Both the position numbers and the translations under genes were made by a program. The notes beneath the pieces were generated by a model. The model was given only the letters and a program-made list of their open reading frames with translations. It was not told the DNA's origin and made no database searches. Below are positions 8,731 to 17,119 of a stretch of DNA of 64,000 nt, piece after piece (positions within the stretch are counted from its first letter, which is position 1; every line of letters begins with the position of its first letter). The stretch is taken from contig BTUM01000022.1 of the NCBI GenBank assembly GCA_045863235.1, positions 28,158-92,157 on the forward strand, written 5' to 3'. This stretch comes from Candidatus Xenobia bacterium (lineage in GTDB: Bacteria; Vulcanimicrobiota; Xenobia; Xenobiales; QWHO01).

Positions 8731-9067
8731 CCGACTGGTAACGGCCAGCGGGCCCAGATAGGAGCACGGAGGGGCCCAGTGGTCGGTGCACGTTCAAGTT
8801 CGGGCCGCCTGGTAACGGCCCGCGGTTCCAGATAGAGGGCACAGAGAGGCGCAGTGGTCGGTGCAAGTTCAAGATCGGGCCGCCTGGTAGCGGCCAGCGG
8901 GTCCAGATAGAGGGCACGGAGAGGGCGCAGTGGTGGGTGCAAGTTCAAGATCGGGCCGCCTGGTAGCGGCCAGCGGGTCCAGATAGATGACACGGGGAGG
9001 ACGCAGTGGTGGGTGCAAGTTCAAGATCGGGCCTCCTGGTAGCGGCCAGCGGGTCCAGATAGAGGGC
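8731..9067. repeat. Intergenic tandem array, about 4.5 copies of a 75/76-bp unit, each carrying a GC hairpin
   Basis: Unit starts at 8731, 8806, 8881, 8957 and 9033 (the last is partial). Consensus: cgcctggtagcggccagcgggtccagatagagggcacggagagggcgcagtggtgggtgcaagttcaagatcgggc. The unit junction forms GGCCGC-CTGGTA-GCGGCC; copy 2 keeps pairing via GGGCCG...CGGCCC. The array lies between divergent starts 8699(-) and 9172(+). Confidence 0.9.
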
Positions 9068-9171
9068 TCCGTCGTTCCGAGAGCTCGGCTGGCAAGGTTG
9101 TGCTCTGGTGAGAATCCCGTTCGGGACTGGCCTGGAGGTCTTTCCCCGCCCTGCCAGGAAGCGCCCCTCCC

Positions 9172-10374
9172 ATGATCACCGAAGCCATCATCCGGGCCCT
9201 GCCCAAGACCGACCTTCATCTTCACCTCGACGGCTCGCTGCGCGAGCAAACCCTGATCGAGCTGGCCCGCGAGCGCAAGGTCGCATTGCCCTCCGAGACC
9301 GTGGAAGGCCTCAACGAGCTGGTCTTCCGCTCGAGCTACGCCAATCTGGCCGAGTACCTGCACGGCTTTCAGTACACCTGCGCCGTGCTGCAGGACAAGG
9401 AATCCCTCGAGCGGGTGGCCTGTGAGCTGGCCTGGGACAACATCCACGAGGGCGTACGCTACATCGAGGTCCGTTTCGCACCCCAGCTCCACCTCCACGG
9501 AGGCCTTTCCTTCCGCGAAGTGCTCGCGGCCGTCGACCGCGGCCTTCGTCGGGCAAAAGACGAGTATGCAGCCTCTCCCGAGGTAAAAGACCAGGGCCAG
9601 CCCCCCTTTCACTACGGCATCATCGTCTGCGCCCTGCGCTTTTTTACGGCCGGCTTCTCGCGCTGGTACAGCGGACTGTTCGACCTCTTCCCGGGGGCGC
9701 CCGAGGAGCATCTCTTTGGACTGGCCTCGCTCGAGCTGGCCCGCGCCTCGGTGCGGGTGCGAGACGAAGAGGGCCTGCCTATCGTGGCTTTCGATCTGGC
9801 GGGGCGCGAGGACGGCTATCCCGCCAGCGACCACCAGCAGGCCTATGACTACGCCCATCGCCACTTCATGAAGAAGACCGTGCACGCCGGCGAGGCCTAT
9901 GGCCCGGAGTCCATCTTCCAGGCCATCACCGACCTTCACGCCGACCGAATCGGCCACGGCTACCACCTGTTCTCGCCCCAGCTGTGCGGCCCCGCCGTCA
10001 GCGACCCGGCTGACTACGTGGCCCGGCTCTCTCGCTACATCGCCGACCAGCGCATCACCATCGAAGTCTGCATCACTTCCAACCTGCAGACCATGCCCGC
10101 CGTCAAGACTGCGCGCGACCACGTCTTCGGGCGCATGCTCAAGGAGAAGCTGTCGGCCACCCTGTGCACCGACAACCGGCTGGTCAGCCACACCAGCGTG
10201 ACCCGCGAGGTGCTGACCGCGGTGGAGGCCTTCGGCATGAGCCTGGACGAGCTCCGCCAGACCATCATCTACGGCTTCAAGCGCAGCTTCTTCCCCGGTC
10301 CTTACACCGAACGGCGCCGCTACGTGCGCCAGATTATCGACTACTACGACAAGGTGATCGCCCAGGCAAAGTAG
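9172..10374 (+). CDS. add: Adenosine deaminase family protein
   Basis: Signature N-terminus LPKTDLHLHLDGSL, then HAGE, ...EVCITSN..., ...CTDN... The long antisense ORF 8869..10572 is rejected. Confidence 0.9.
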   Translation: MITEAIIRALPKTDLHLHLDGSLREQTLIELARERKVALPSETVEGLNELVFRSSYANLAEYLHGFQYTCAVLQDKESLERVACELAWDNIHEGVRYIEVRFAPQLHLHGGLSFREVLAAVDRGLRRAKDEYAASPEVKDQGQPPFHYGIIVCALRFFTAGFSRWYSGLFDLFPGAPEEHLFGLASLELARASVRVRDEEGLPIVAFDLAGREDGYPASDHQQAYDYAHRHFMKKTVHAGEAYGPESIFQAITDLHADRIGHGYHLFSPQLCGPAVSDPADYVARLSRYIADQRITIEVCITSNLQTMPAVKTARDHVFGRMLKEKLSATLCTDNRLVSHTSVTREVLTAVEAFGMSLDELRQTIIYGFKRSFFPGPYTERRRYVRQIIDYYDKVIAQAK

Positions 10375-10606
10375 CCCTCCCCGTGGTTCAGGCCCGTTTC
10401 TGACCAGCCTGATCTCCCTGACGCCTGTGCCAGTTCTTCGAGCCATGCCGAGGATGCAAGCCCGCCCTGCCGATCCGCTGCTGCTGCGTGTCCAACATTT
10501 GCCCGCTTCGCTCGGGAATAGGACCCACCACTCCCGGCGCGAAGGCTGGGGTCGAGTTGTGCGCCAGCACACTTTCTGACCGGCCCGCCCGGGCTATAAA
10601 GGGGGC

Positions 10607-11029
10607 ATGAGCATGCGGCGAGGCATCACGCTGATGGAGACCATCCTGGCCTTCTTCATCATGGCCGTGGCCTTCGTGGTGCTCTTTGCGGTCTTCTCGG
10701 GAGGCTATCGAGCGGCCGTCCAGAGCCGCAACCGGACCGTGGCCATCCTGTATGCTCAGAGCTTGCTCGAGGAGATTCGGGCTCACCCTTACGGCCAGCC
10801 CGCCCCTCAGTCCTGGACGACGCCCGCGGCCCGCCCGGTGGACGTGATCGTGGAGGGCCGAAAGCAGCATTACGAGTTCGCCCAGCAGCTCAGCTACGCC
10901 AACTCGAGCTTCATCGGGCTGTCGGATCACGACGCCGACGAGGTGACCATCACCCTGAAGTGGCGCGAGGGCGTGGGCAACAATCCCACTCAGAAAGAGC
11001 TCGTCATCAAGACGGCGGTGTGGCGATGA
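10607..11029 (+). CDS. Prepilin-type N-terminal cleavage/methylation domain protein (pseudopilin)
   Basis: MSMRRG|ITLMETILAFFIMAVAFVVLF: Gly at -1, Glu at +5 and a hydrophobic helix. RBS aaaggggg lies upstream. Confidence 0.75.
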   Translation: MSMRRGITLMETILAFFIMAVAFVVLFAVFSGGYRAAVQSRNRTVAILYAQSLLEEIRAHPYGQPAPQSWTTPAARPVDVIVEGRKQHYEFAQQLSYANSSFIGLSDHDADEVTITLKWREGVGNNPTQKELVIKTAVWR

Positions 11030-11778
11030 AGCGGGGATTCACCCTGTATGAGCTGCTGGTCGGCTCGGGCATCGCTTTCGCCGCCCTGGCTCTGATCGTC
11101 TCGCTCTTCATCATCGGTCGGCGAACCTCAGAGGCTGCCTACTCCAACTACCTGGTCAGCCGCGACACCGAGAATGGCATCGCCTGGCTGCGCCGCGATC
11201 TGCAGAACGCCTCGCTGGCCAGCATCCGGGTCTATCCCGGCCCGGCCGCCCCCGGGGAACGTCCGGGCCTCTCCCTGGCCAGTTGCGCCCCGCCTGACCA
11301 GCCCACCCGGGTGAGTCTCAATCCGCACGGAGTGCCCCGCTGGTCTTCTCAGGTCTACTACACCCTCGACCCGGTGGACGACAAGACGGGCCGCCTGATG
11401 CGCTGGAGCGCCCCCACCCCCGCCGACCAGCTGTTGCCGCTGCCCTCCGGCACGATGCCCTCCGCGGTCAATGACCCGCGGGTGCTGTTGCACAACGTCC
11501 TCTTGCCCAACGTGAGCGTGTTTCAGGGCGGGGATCCGGGCACCACCGACGCCCGTGGCGGCTTCCGCGCCCAGTTCGTGCGCAGGGCCGGCGGCGAGGC
11601 GGGAGCCGAGTCGCTCTCGGACACCAATCCCTCCCAGGTCTCCCTGAGCCCCGCGGGTGGTCTGCAGCCCTCCGGCAACACCCGGCTCGTGGAAGTGGAG
11701 CTGCGCTTGCTGCACCGCTCCACCACCGGCAAGCCCAGCGTCTACGCCATCCGCTTCCGCGTCTGCCCGCGTTACTGA
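11026..11778 (+). CDS. Prepilin-type N-terminal cleavage/methylation domain protein (pseudopilin)
   Basis: ATG 11026 overlaps the previous stop (ATGA). MKRG|FTLYELLVGSGIAFAALALIV is a classic G/FTLxE motif. Track ORF 10960..11778 was trimmed. Confidence 0.72.
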   Translation: MKRGFTLYELLVGSGIAFAALALIVSLFIIGRRTSEAAYSNYLVSRDTENGIAWLRRDLQNASLASIRVYPGPAAPGERPGLSLASCAPPDQPTRVSLNPHGVPRWSSQVYYTLDPVDDKTGRLMRWSAPTPADQLLPLPSGTMPSAVNDPRVLLHNVLLPNVSVFQGGDPGTTDARGGFRAQFVRRAGGEAGAESLSDTNPSQVSLSPAGGLQPSGNTRLVEVELRLLHRSTTGKPSVYAIRFRVCPRY

Positions 11779-11882
11779 AAGCGCAGTTCCCGCCGACCGC
11801 CTCATGGCAGAACACTCGCGTGGAAGGCGCGACCCTGCTCTTTTGCGCCGGCATGGGGCGCAGGGTCTAGCCCCCGGTGGGC

Positions 11883-11911
11883 TTGACCATTTCCGCCAGT
11901 CAGGCTATGGA
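11883..11911 (+). promoter_or_regulatory. Possible sigma70-like promoter TTGACC-N17-TATGGA upstream of 11945 gene
   Basis: ttgacc (11883-11888) and tatgga (11906-11911) with a 17-nt spacer, 34 nt before the ATG. This is a pattern match only. Confidence 0.3.
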
Positions 11912-11944
11912 TCTTCTTGTCTGACTCTCTGCCGGCACTCAACG

Positions 11945-12841
11945 ATGGAACAGTTTCTCTGCGATCTCAAGGGGCCGTCTCCCGCCCACGCGGCGGGACT
12001 TGCCGGCATGATGTCGGGGGCGGCGGGAGCGGCTCTGTTCGTCAAATGCCGATACCGGCCGGCAGAGGATTTCCTGACCGCCCTGAAGGAGCTGGCCGCC
12101 AGCGACGGCCCGCTCTTCGCTGAATACCTCCGGGCCCGCCGGGCCGGGGAGCCCTTCGAGGCGTCGCTCCGAGCGACCGTCGAGAGCCCTCTGCGGGGGG
12201 GTGAGATGTGCCTGGAGCTGGCCTCCCGCTTTGGCGCAGCCCGCCGGGGCTGCCCCAGGTCGATGCTCGGCGACCTCTTCGTCGGTAAACGCCTTTTGCA
12301 GGCCTGCGCGGACTGCTGCCATCACCTGGCCGGCATCAACCTCGAGCTTTGCTCCGAGCCATGGCAAGCTGGCCGCGAGCGGCTCGAGGCTCTGGAGATG
12401 GGCCTGAAACGACTCCAAGAGCAGGAGGCTTACGACCGCATTTTCCAGACCGCCCGCACCGTGGCCGTCGTGGGTATCAGCGACAAGCCGGAGCGGGCCG
12501 GCTTCTACGTCCCGCGCTACCTGCGCGGGCGTGGATTCCGCGTGCTGGGCGTCAATCCCCGGGGGAGCAGTTCCGTGGCTGAGAAAACCGCCCCGACGCT
12601 CGGTGGGCTGGGGGAGCCCCTCGACCTGGTGATTTTCTTTCGCCGCAGCGAGGCGCTGGGTGAGCACCTGGAGGATATCCTCGGCCTGACCCCGTTGCCG
12701 CGCACCGCCTGGCTGCAAGAAGGCATCCGCAACGACGATTTCGCCGGCGCTCTGCGGGCGGTCGGCATGCAGGTGGTGAGCGACCGGTGCGCCATGCTCG
12801 AGCACCAGGGCCTTTACCCCGAATCTGACGATATCCCGTGA
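11945..12841 (+). CDS. Fusion protein: cyclodeaminase/cyclohydrolase-like (FTCD_C-like) N-domain + CoA-binding (YccU-like) C-domain
   Basis: ATG 11945 lies in frame in track ORF 11657..12841. The N-half MEQFLCDLKGPSPAHAAGLAGMMSGAAGAALFVKC...LAGINLELC resembles the formiminotransferase-cyclodeaminase C-terminal helical domain. The C-half ARTVAVVGISDKPERAGFYVPRYLRGRGFRVLGVNP...DLVIFFRRSE is the CoA_binding_2 pattern. Confidence 0.6.
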   Translation: MEQFLCDLKGPSPAHAAGLAGMMSGAAGAALFVKCRYRPAEDFLTALKELAASDGPLFAEYLRARRAGEPFEASLRATVESPLRGGEMCLELASRFGAARRGCPRSMLGDLFVGKRLLQACADCCHHLAGINLELCSEPWQAGRERLEALEMGLKRLQEQEAYDRIFQTARTVAVVGISDKPERAGFYVPRYLRGRGFRVLGVNPRGSSSVAEKTAPTLGGLGEPLDLVIFFRRSEALGEHLEDILGLTPLPRTAWLQEGIRNDDFAGALRAVGMQVVSDRCAMLEHQGLYPESDDIP

Positions 12842-12853
12842 ACGGTTGCGGTC

Positions 12854-12957
12854 TGCCCGGAGTTGCCCGCACATGTGCCTGCAGGTCCGTGCACGTTCCG
12901 GGATGTGCCCGGAGTTGCCCGCACATGTGCCTGCATGTCCGTGCACATTCCCGGGGC
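12854..12957. repeat. 2 x 52-bp tandem repeat, each unit containing the perfect palindrome GCACATGTGC
   Basis: tgcccggagttgcccgcacatgtgcctgca(g/t)gtccgtgcac(g/a)ttcc starts at 12854 and 12906. The palindromes are at 12869-12878 and 12921-12930. It lies in the spacer before the PfkB gene (ATG 13030). Confidence 0.9.
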
Positions 12958-13029
12958 CGAGCCGATGTCCACGGAGTCCCGGTCCACCGCGCGCGGGAGC
13001 CCCGAGCGCCCGGCGCGAAGCCCTGGACC

Positions 13030-13851
13030 ATGCGTTACGCCGTCGTGGGTCACGTCGAGTGGATCGAGTTCCTGCGCGTCCGGGCAGTGCCGCGCCCGGG
13101 TGAGATCGTGCATGCCAGCGCGAGCTGGCAAGAGCCCGGCGGCGGAGGTGGGGTGGCCGCTGTGCAGATGGCCCGCATGGCCGGGGAGGCCGTCTTCTTT
13201 ACCGCTCTGGGCGACGACGAGCTGGGCCGGCGCGCTTGCCGCGAGCTGGAGGCGCTGGGCGTGACCATGCAGGTGGCCTGGCGTCCCGAGCCCCAGCGGC
13301 GCGGGGTGACCTACGTGGACGACCAGGGCGAGCGAACCATCACCGTGATCGGCCCGCGCCTGGGCCCGAAAGGGGAGGACCCGCTCGACTGGTCCTTGCT
13401 GGAAAGCTGTCAGGCCGTCTACTTCACGGCCGGCGACCGGGACGCCCTGCTGCACGCCCGCAAAGCACGGGTGCTGGCCTCCACCCCGCGCGTTCTCTCG
13501 CAGCTGAGCGGGGTCGAGCTCGACGCCTTGATCGGCAGCGCCAACGATGACGGGGAGCGCTTCCAGCCCGAGGCCCTTGACCCCCGCCCGCGCCTGGCGG
13601 TGCTGACCGAGGGCGGCGCGGGCGGAAGCTGGTCCACCTCCGACGGCCGCAGGGGCCGCTTCGCCGCCTGTCCGCTGCCCGGCCCAGTGGCTGATGCTTA
13701 CGGCTGCGGAGATACCTTCGCCGCCGCCCTCACCTTTGCTCTGGGCCAGGGCCTCACGCTGGAAAGAGCCCTGGAGCACGCCGCCCGCCAGGGAGCCATC
13801 TGCCTCACCGGCAAGGGCCCCTATTCCGCCCGGGTCACCGGCCTGAACTGA
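13030..13851 (+). CDS. PfkB-family carbohydrate/nucleoside kinase
   Basis: ATG 13030 lies in frame in track ORF 12838..13851. MRYAVVGHVEWIEF..., GGGGVAAVQMARMAG, and the C-terminal anion-hole motif DAYGCGDTFAAALTFAL (GAGD-type). Confidence 0.8.
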   Translation: MRYAVVGHVEWIEFLRVRAVPRPGEIVHASASWQEPGGGGGVAAVQMARMAGEAVFFTALGDDELGRRACRELEALGVTMQVAWRPEPQRRGVTYVDDQGERTITVIGPRLGPKGEDPLDWSLLESCQAVYFTAGDRDALLHARKARVLASTPRVLSQLSGVELDALIGSANDDGERFQPEALDPRPRLAVLTEGGAGGSWSTSDGRRGRFAACPLPGPVADAYGCGDTFAAALTFALGQGLTLERALEHAARQGAICLTGKGPYSARVTGLN

Positions 13852-13868
13852 CGCCCCTCAAGCAAACC

Positions 13869-14429
13869 TTACCCCTTGAATGGCCGCAGATACTCCAGCG
13901 GCACGCTGTCCACCAGCCAGACCCCGTTCTCCGAGCAGTACAGCTCCATCCCGGCCCCAACCATCGCGCCAGCATCCACCACCAGCACCAGCGGCGTCTC
14001 CCGGCGGTGGCGTCGTCCCGTCTCCAGGGCCACTTCGAAGCTGGCCGACAGGTGCACGAAGTGCCGGTTCATCCTGGAGAGCCCGCCCGTTCGCTGGATG
14101 CGCGCCCAGCGTTCTTCGGTGGTGCCGTGGAACAACCGCTCGGGGGGCGTGCGAGGCGTGCGCTCCACCGCCTCCACAGCCTCGACCGAGTGGCCCTGGT
14201 TGGCGCGGATGCGCCCCTCGCGCAGGCTGTAGCGCCCCTTGGCGTCGGAGGCCACCAGCTCTTGCAACTGTGCGACCGACAGGCAGACCCCACGCCGCTC
14301 GGACAGCCGCGCCAGCAAGAGGTCCACCTCCACCCAGCCCTCCCGGCTGAGCTCGAGCCCCAGCTCCTGGGGTCGGTGGCGGAGAACGTAAGCGAGCAAT
14401 CGACTGACTCTATCCTTGTTGAGTGTCAT
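13869..14429 (-). CDS. kptA: RNA 2'-phosphotransferase (Tpt1/KptA family)
   Basis: VSRLLAYVLRHRPQELGLELSREGWVEVDLLLARL..., RIRANQGHS, LFHGT, HFVHLS: the family's conserved R-H-R-R region. 186 aa is the typical length. Confidence 0.9.
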   Translation of the reverse strand: MTLNKDRVSRLLAYVLRHRPQELGLELSREGWVEVDLLLARLSERRGVCLSVAQLQELVASDAKGRYSLREGRIRANQGHSVEAVEAVERTPRTPPERLFHGTTEERWARIQRTGGLSRMNRHFVHLSASFEVALETGRRHRRETPLVLVVDAGAMVGAGMELYCSENGVWLVDSVPLEYLRPFKG

Positions 14430-14521
14430 GTATACACTATAGCAGGGAGGTCAACTGTAGCCCCGCCCTGGGAGGATCAGAGGGCAGGGGGTTCTGTGCT
14501 CGAACTCGTTCCCCGATTGGC

Positions 14522-16339
14522 ATGAACAGTGCCCTGCTCAGGTCCCAACTGGCTCCGCGCTTCTTGCGCCTGAAGGCAGCTCGCGAGCTCGCTTCTCAGG
14601 GGACCCTGGCGTCCCTCAAGCTGGTCGAGGAGGTCTTGCCCCAGCTTGACGACGAGCTGGTCGATTGCCTGCTCGAGCACTGGCCGGCCTCGGGTCGACA
14701 CGAGCTCTGCGCCCTTTTGCTCGCCACTCGGCGCGGTCGAGCGCGGTTGGGACGCCGCTGGGGGGACCCGGTCTGGGTTCTGGCGGGTGCTCGCTCGCTG
14801 CTGGAGAGGCCGGCGGAGGGGCTGGCCGAGCAGCTGCTCTCCAAATCTCTGGATGATCCAGCGCTGAAGGGGCTGGTCCTTCTCGCTGCCGGTCGTCTGG
14901 AGGCCTATTGTGAGCTCGACTTCGACGGCACCCTTTTGAAAGGTCTTCTCGCTCGCGCCTCCCCGGCCTCGCGCTCCTGGCTGCTGCAGATTCTGGCCGG
15001 TGCCGGTCGAGGAGAGCTGGTGGCCCGGGCAACCCGCGAAGCTGACACTCCTCTGGCTTTCCTGAGCGACGAGGACTTCGAACAGCGCATGGACATCCTG
15101 GGGGACGGCGAATTGGGCTCGCTCCTGGCGCGCCTCAAAGACTTGAGGCCGGTGCAGGCCGCCCGGCTGGTCGAGCGCCTCCGTCAGCAAGGCTTCCAGC
15201 CCCCACCGGAGCGCGCTGAAGCCTGGGGCACCCTCAGCGTCGTCCCCATTCCCTCCGTCCGGGTGCTGCGAGGGAGGCTGTCACGACCCACATGGCTGGA
15301 CATCTTTCCGGACGAGCCGGCCCGGCTGTTGGGCTGCTCGCCGGACGGGCGCCACCGAGCCTGGGTCAGGGGGTACACGCTGACTTGTCTTGCGAGCGAC
15401 GGCGAGTGGCAGGTCGACGCCGGCCAGGCAAGCCAGTTGGAGGTATCCAGGGATGGGGTGATCTGCCTGTGCGATGGTGTGCGAGCCAGGGCCTGGTCGA
15501 GAGCGACCCTGCTCTGGGAGTGCTGGGCGAACCGTCTGCTGGCAGGCCCGGGAGGCGAGCTTGCCCTCTGGACCGACGACGAGCTGTGGCTCTCGAAGTC
15601 CGGGGAGCCCCCGACTTTCCGTTGCCAGTTGCCCGATTACGCCTTGCCAGGAATCTGGTCCTTCTATGCTGACAGCCCCTGGCTTGGGGTAGGACTGAGC
15701 ACCGGTCAGGTTCTGTGCATCCGAGTCGATGGTGAGGAACGGCCCCAGGCCGTGGCAGCTCACACGCGACCGGTGCGCCACCTGGAAGGCACTCGGGAGC
15801 GGCTGGTGACAGCCTGCGACTTGGAGGTGACCGCCTGGGAATGCCGAGACGGCGTTCCTGGAGGACTGGAGTTCCTTCAGACCCTGCGCTGCTCGGCTGG
15901 TTCGCTGTCCAGCGCTGGGTCCACACTGGCCCTGAGCCAACCGGGCCGCCTGCTGGTCGTTCGGTCGGGTCGTGAATGGCAGTGCGCGGTCGATGCACGC
16001 GCTATCCAGGTCACACGCCTGGGGGTGCTGGGGGCTGACCCATCCGGACACCCATTTCTGTGGGACTATCAGCGGGACCGAATGGGCGATCTGGGGGACC
16101 CAGGCTTTGCCGTCGAGGCCTGGAGCCCCGGGGGCTGGGCCATGGGTGGGGGCCGGGCGGCGCGCATTTCTCCTGTTCCCCTGGCCGATCAGCCGCTGTC
16201 TCGTATCCCGATGAAAGCGGTGGAGATGGTGGGGCCCGAGTGCCTTCCGTTCATGAGCGCAGTGCTGGGCTGGCTGCATCAGTTCAGCATCGAGCTCGGG
16301 GAAGCCGAAACGAGCCCCTTCGACATCCTGCTCGACTGA
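14522..16339 (+). CDS. Hypothetical protein (helical-repeat N-half, beta-rich/propeller-like C-half)
   Basis: ATG 14522 lies in frame in track ORF 14423..16339. The composition is protein-like (L/A/E/D/W), while the antisense ORF 15281..16279 is R/P/G/H-rich. I recognised no motif. Confidence 0.55.
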   Translation: MNSALLRSQLAPRFLRLKAARELASQGTLASLKLVEEVLPQLDDELVDCLLEHWPASGRHELCALLLATRRGRARLGRRWGDPVWVLAGARSLLERPAEGLAEQLLSKSLDDPALKGLVLLAAGRLEAYCELDFDGTLLKGLLARASPASRSWLLQILAGAGRGELVARATREADTPLAFLSDEDFEQRMDILGDGELGSLLARLKDLRPVQAARLVERLRQQGFQPPPERAEAWGTLSVVPIPSVRVLRGRLSRPTWLDIFPDEPARLLGCSPDGRHRAWVRGYTLTCLASDGEWQVDAGQASQLEVSRDGVICLCDGVRARAWSRATLLWECWANRLLAGPGGELALWTDDELWLSKSGEPPTFRCQLPDYALPGIWSFYADSPWLGVGLSTGQVLCIRVDGEERPQAVAAHTRPVRHLEGTRERLVTACDLEVTAWECRDGVPGGLEFLQTLRCSAGSLSSAGSTLALSQPGRLLVVRSGREWQCAVDARAIQVTRLGVLGADPSGHPFLWDYQRDRMGDLGDPGFAVEAWSPGGWAMGGGRAARISPVPLADQPLSRIPMKAVEMVGPECLPFMSAVLGWLHQFSIELGEAETSPFDILLD

Positions 16340-16540
16340 TCAGGTCGCGCTTACGGCTTGCGTTGGGGCTCTCGTGACACAAACGTTTCGCAGCCATTGG
16401 CGGCGAAGGAGCCTTCCTGGCCTGCTGCTGCAAGCTACGCTGGAAGTCCGGCCGCAAATCCCCTGTGGTGAGTTAGAGCTACAGCAACCGGAAACCGTGT
16501 CAAGTCCCGGCCGTCTACAGGGCTTTCAGCCGAGTCCAGG

Positions 16541-17020
16541 TCAATAACAGGTGCCCGGGCTCCAGTACGTCATCGGCGTGCAGATGGGAGCCCGCGGGTA
16601 AACCGGGTAGTTGTAGTTGGGGTAGTGCTGGTTCCCGTAGTAAACCCCGCCGGGACCGATGACGGTGGTCTCCGACTGCGTGCCCCACGGCGTGGTGCGG
16701 GTCCCGTGGCTGTAAACCGAGCCGTCGATGCCCACTCCGGTGGTCTGGGTGCGGTAACCGCCCCAGGCGTCATAACCGCCGGTCGTGACGGCGCAGCCGG
16801 TGGTGCCCAGCAGGGCTCCGCACATCGCCAGCACCGCGGCCGCTTTGCCGATCCGGCCCAGGCCCTTCTTGGAGGGCTTCTCGTCCGAGCCCGCGCTGAT
16901 GGAAACCTCATCGCCCGCGGCCACCGGGGCGTTCTCGCCAGTCGCCTCGGCCGGCTTCTTGCCAGCGGCGCTGGAAACGTAGGCGTTGCTGCTCAGGGCT
17001 ACGGGGGTCAGGGTATTCAT
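16541..17020 (-). CDS. Small membrane/lipoprotein-like protein, Gly/Tyr/Thr-rich C-terminus
   Basis: ATG 17020 has GGAGG 8 nt upstream. MNTLTPVAL..., hydrophobic AAAVLAMCGALLGTTGCAV (lipobox-like LGTTGC). The remainder of track ORF 16541..19045 is antisense of the reductase gene. Confidence 0.5.
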   Translation of the reverse strand: MNTLTPVALSSNAYVSSAAGKKPAEATGENAPVAAGDEVSISAGSDEKPSKKGLGRIGKAAAVLAMCGALLGTTGCAVTTGGYDAWGGYRTQTTGVGIDGSVYSHGTRTTPWGTQSETTVIGPGGVYYGNQHYPNYNYPVYPRAPICTPMTYWSPGTCY

Positions 17021-17119
17021 CGGATATTCCTCCACCAGAACCAGGATGTCTTCTCTTTGCCCGCAGTGTAGATCCAGATCCTGAAGGGAAGCTGAAAGGC
17101 GCGGTCCAATGAGCAGATT

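Noticed and set aside
8731-9067. 75/76-bp tandem array as a CRISPR or a decayed tRNA gene array (unit length equals tRNA length, and CAGTGGT and GTTCAAG strings are present)
   Set aside because: There are no unique spacers between repeats, so it is not a CRISPR. I could not draw an acceptor stem, anticodon arm or T-arm, so it is not a tRNA. It is kept only as an unexplained repeat.
8869-10572. 567-aa minus-strand ORF
   Set aside because: It is antisense to adenosine deaminase (LHLHLDGSL signature on +). Its N-terminus is just the 76-bp repeat array read through.
12842-13029. Several short ORFs with repetitive peptides (12846..13103, 12863..13264, 12552..13031)
   Set aside because: They arise from the 52-bp tandem duplication in an intergenic spacer. 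The PfkB homology begins only at ATG 13030.
16340-16540. 200-bp convergent spacer inspected for an sRNA/SRP/6S-like gene or terminator
   Set aside because: I found no convincing stem-loops, T-tracts or known RNA motifs by eye.
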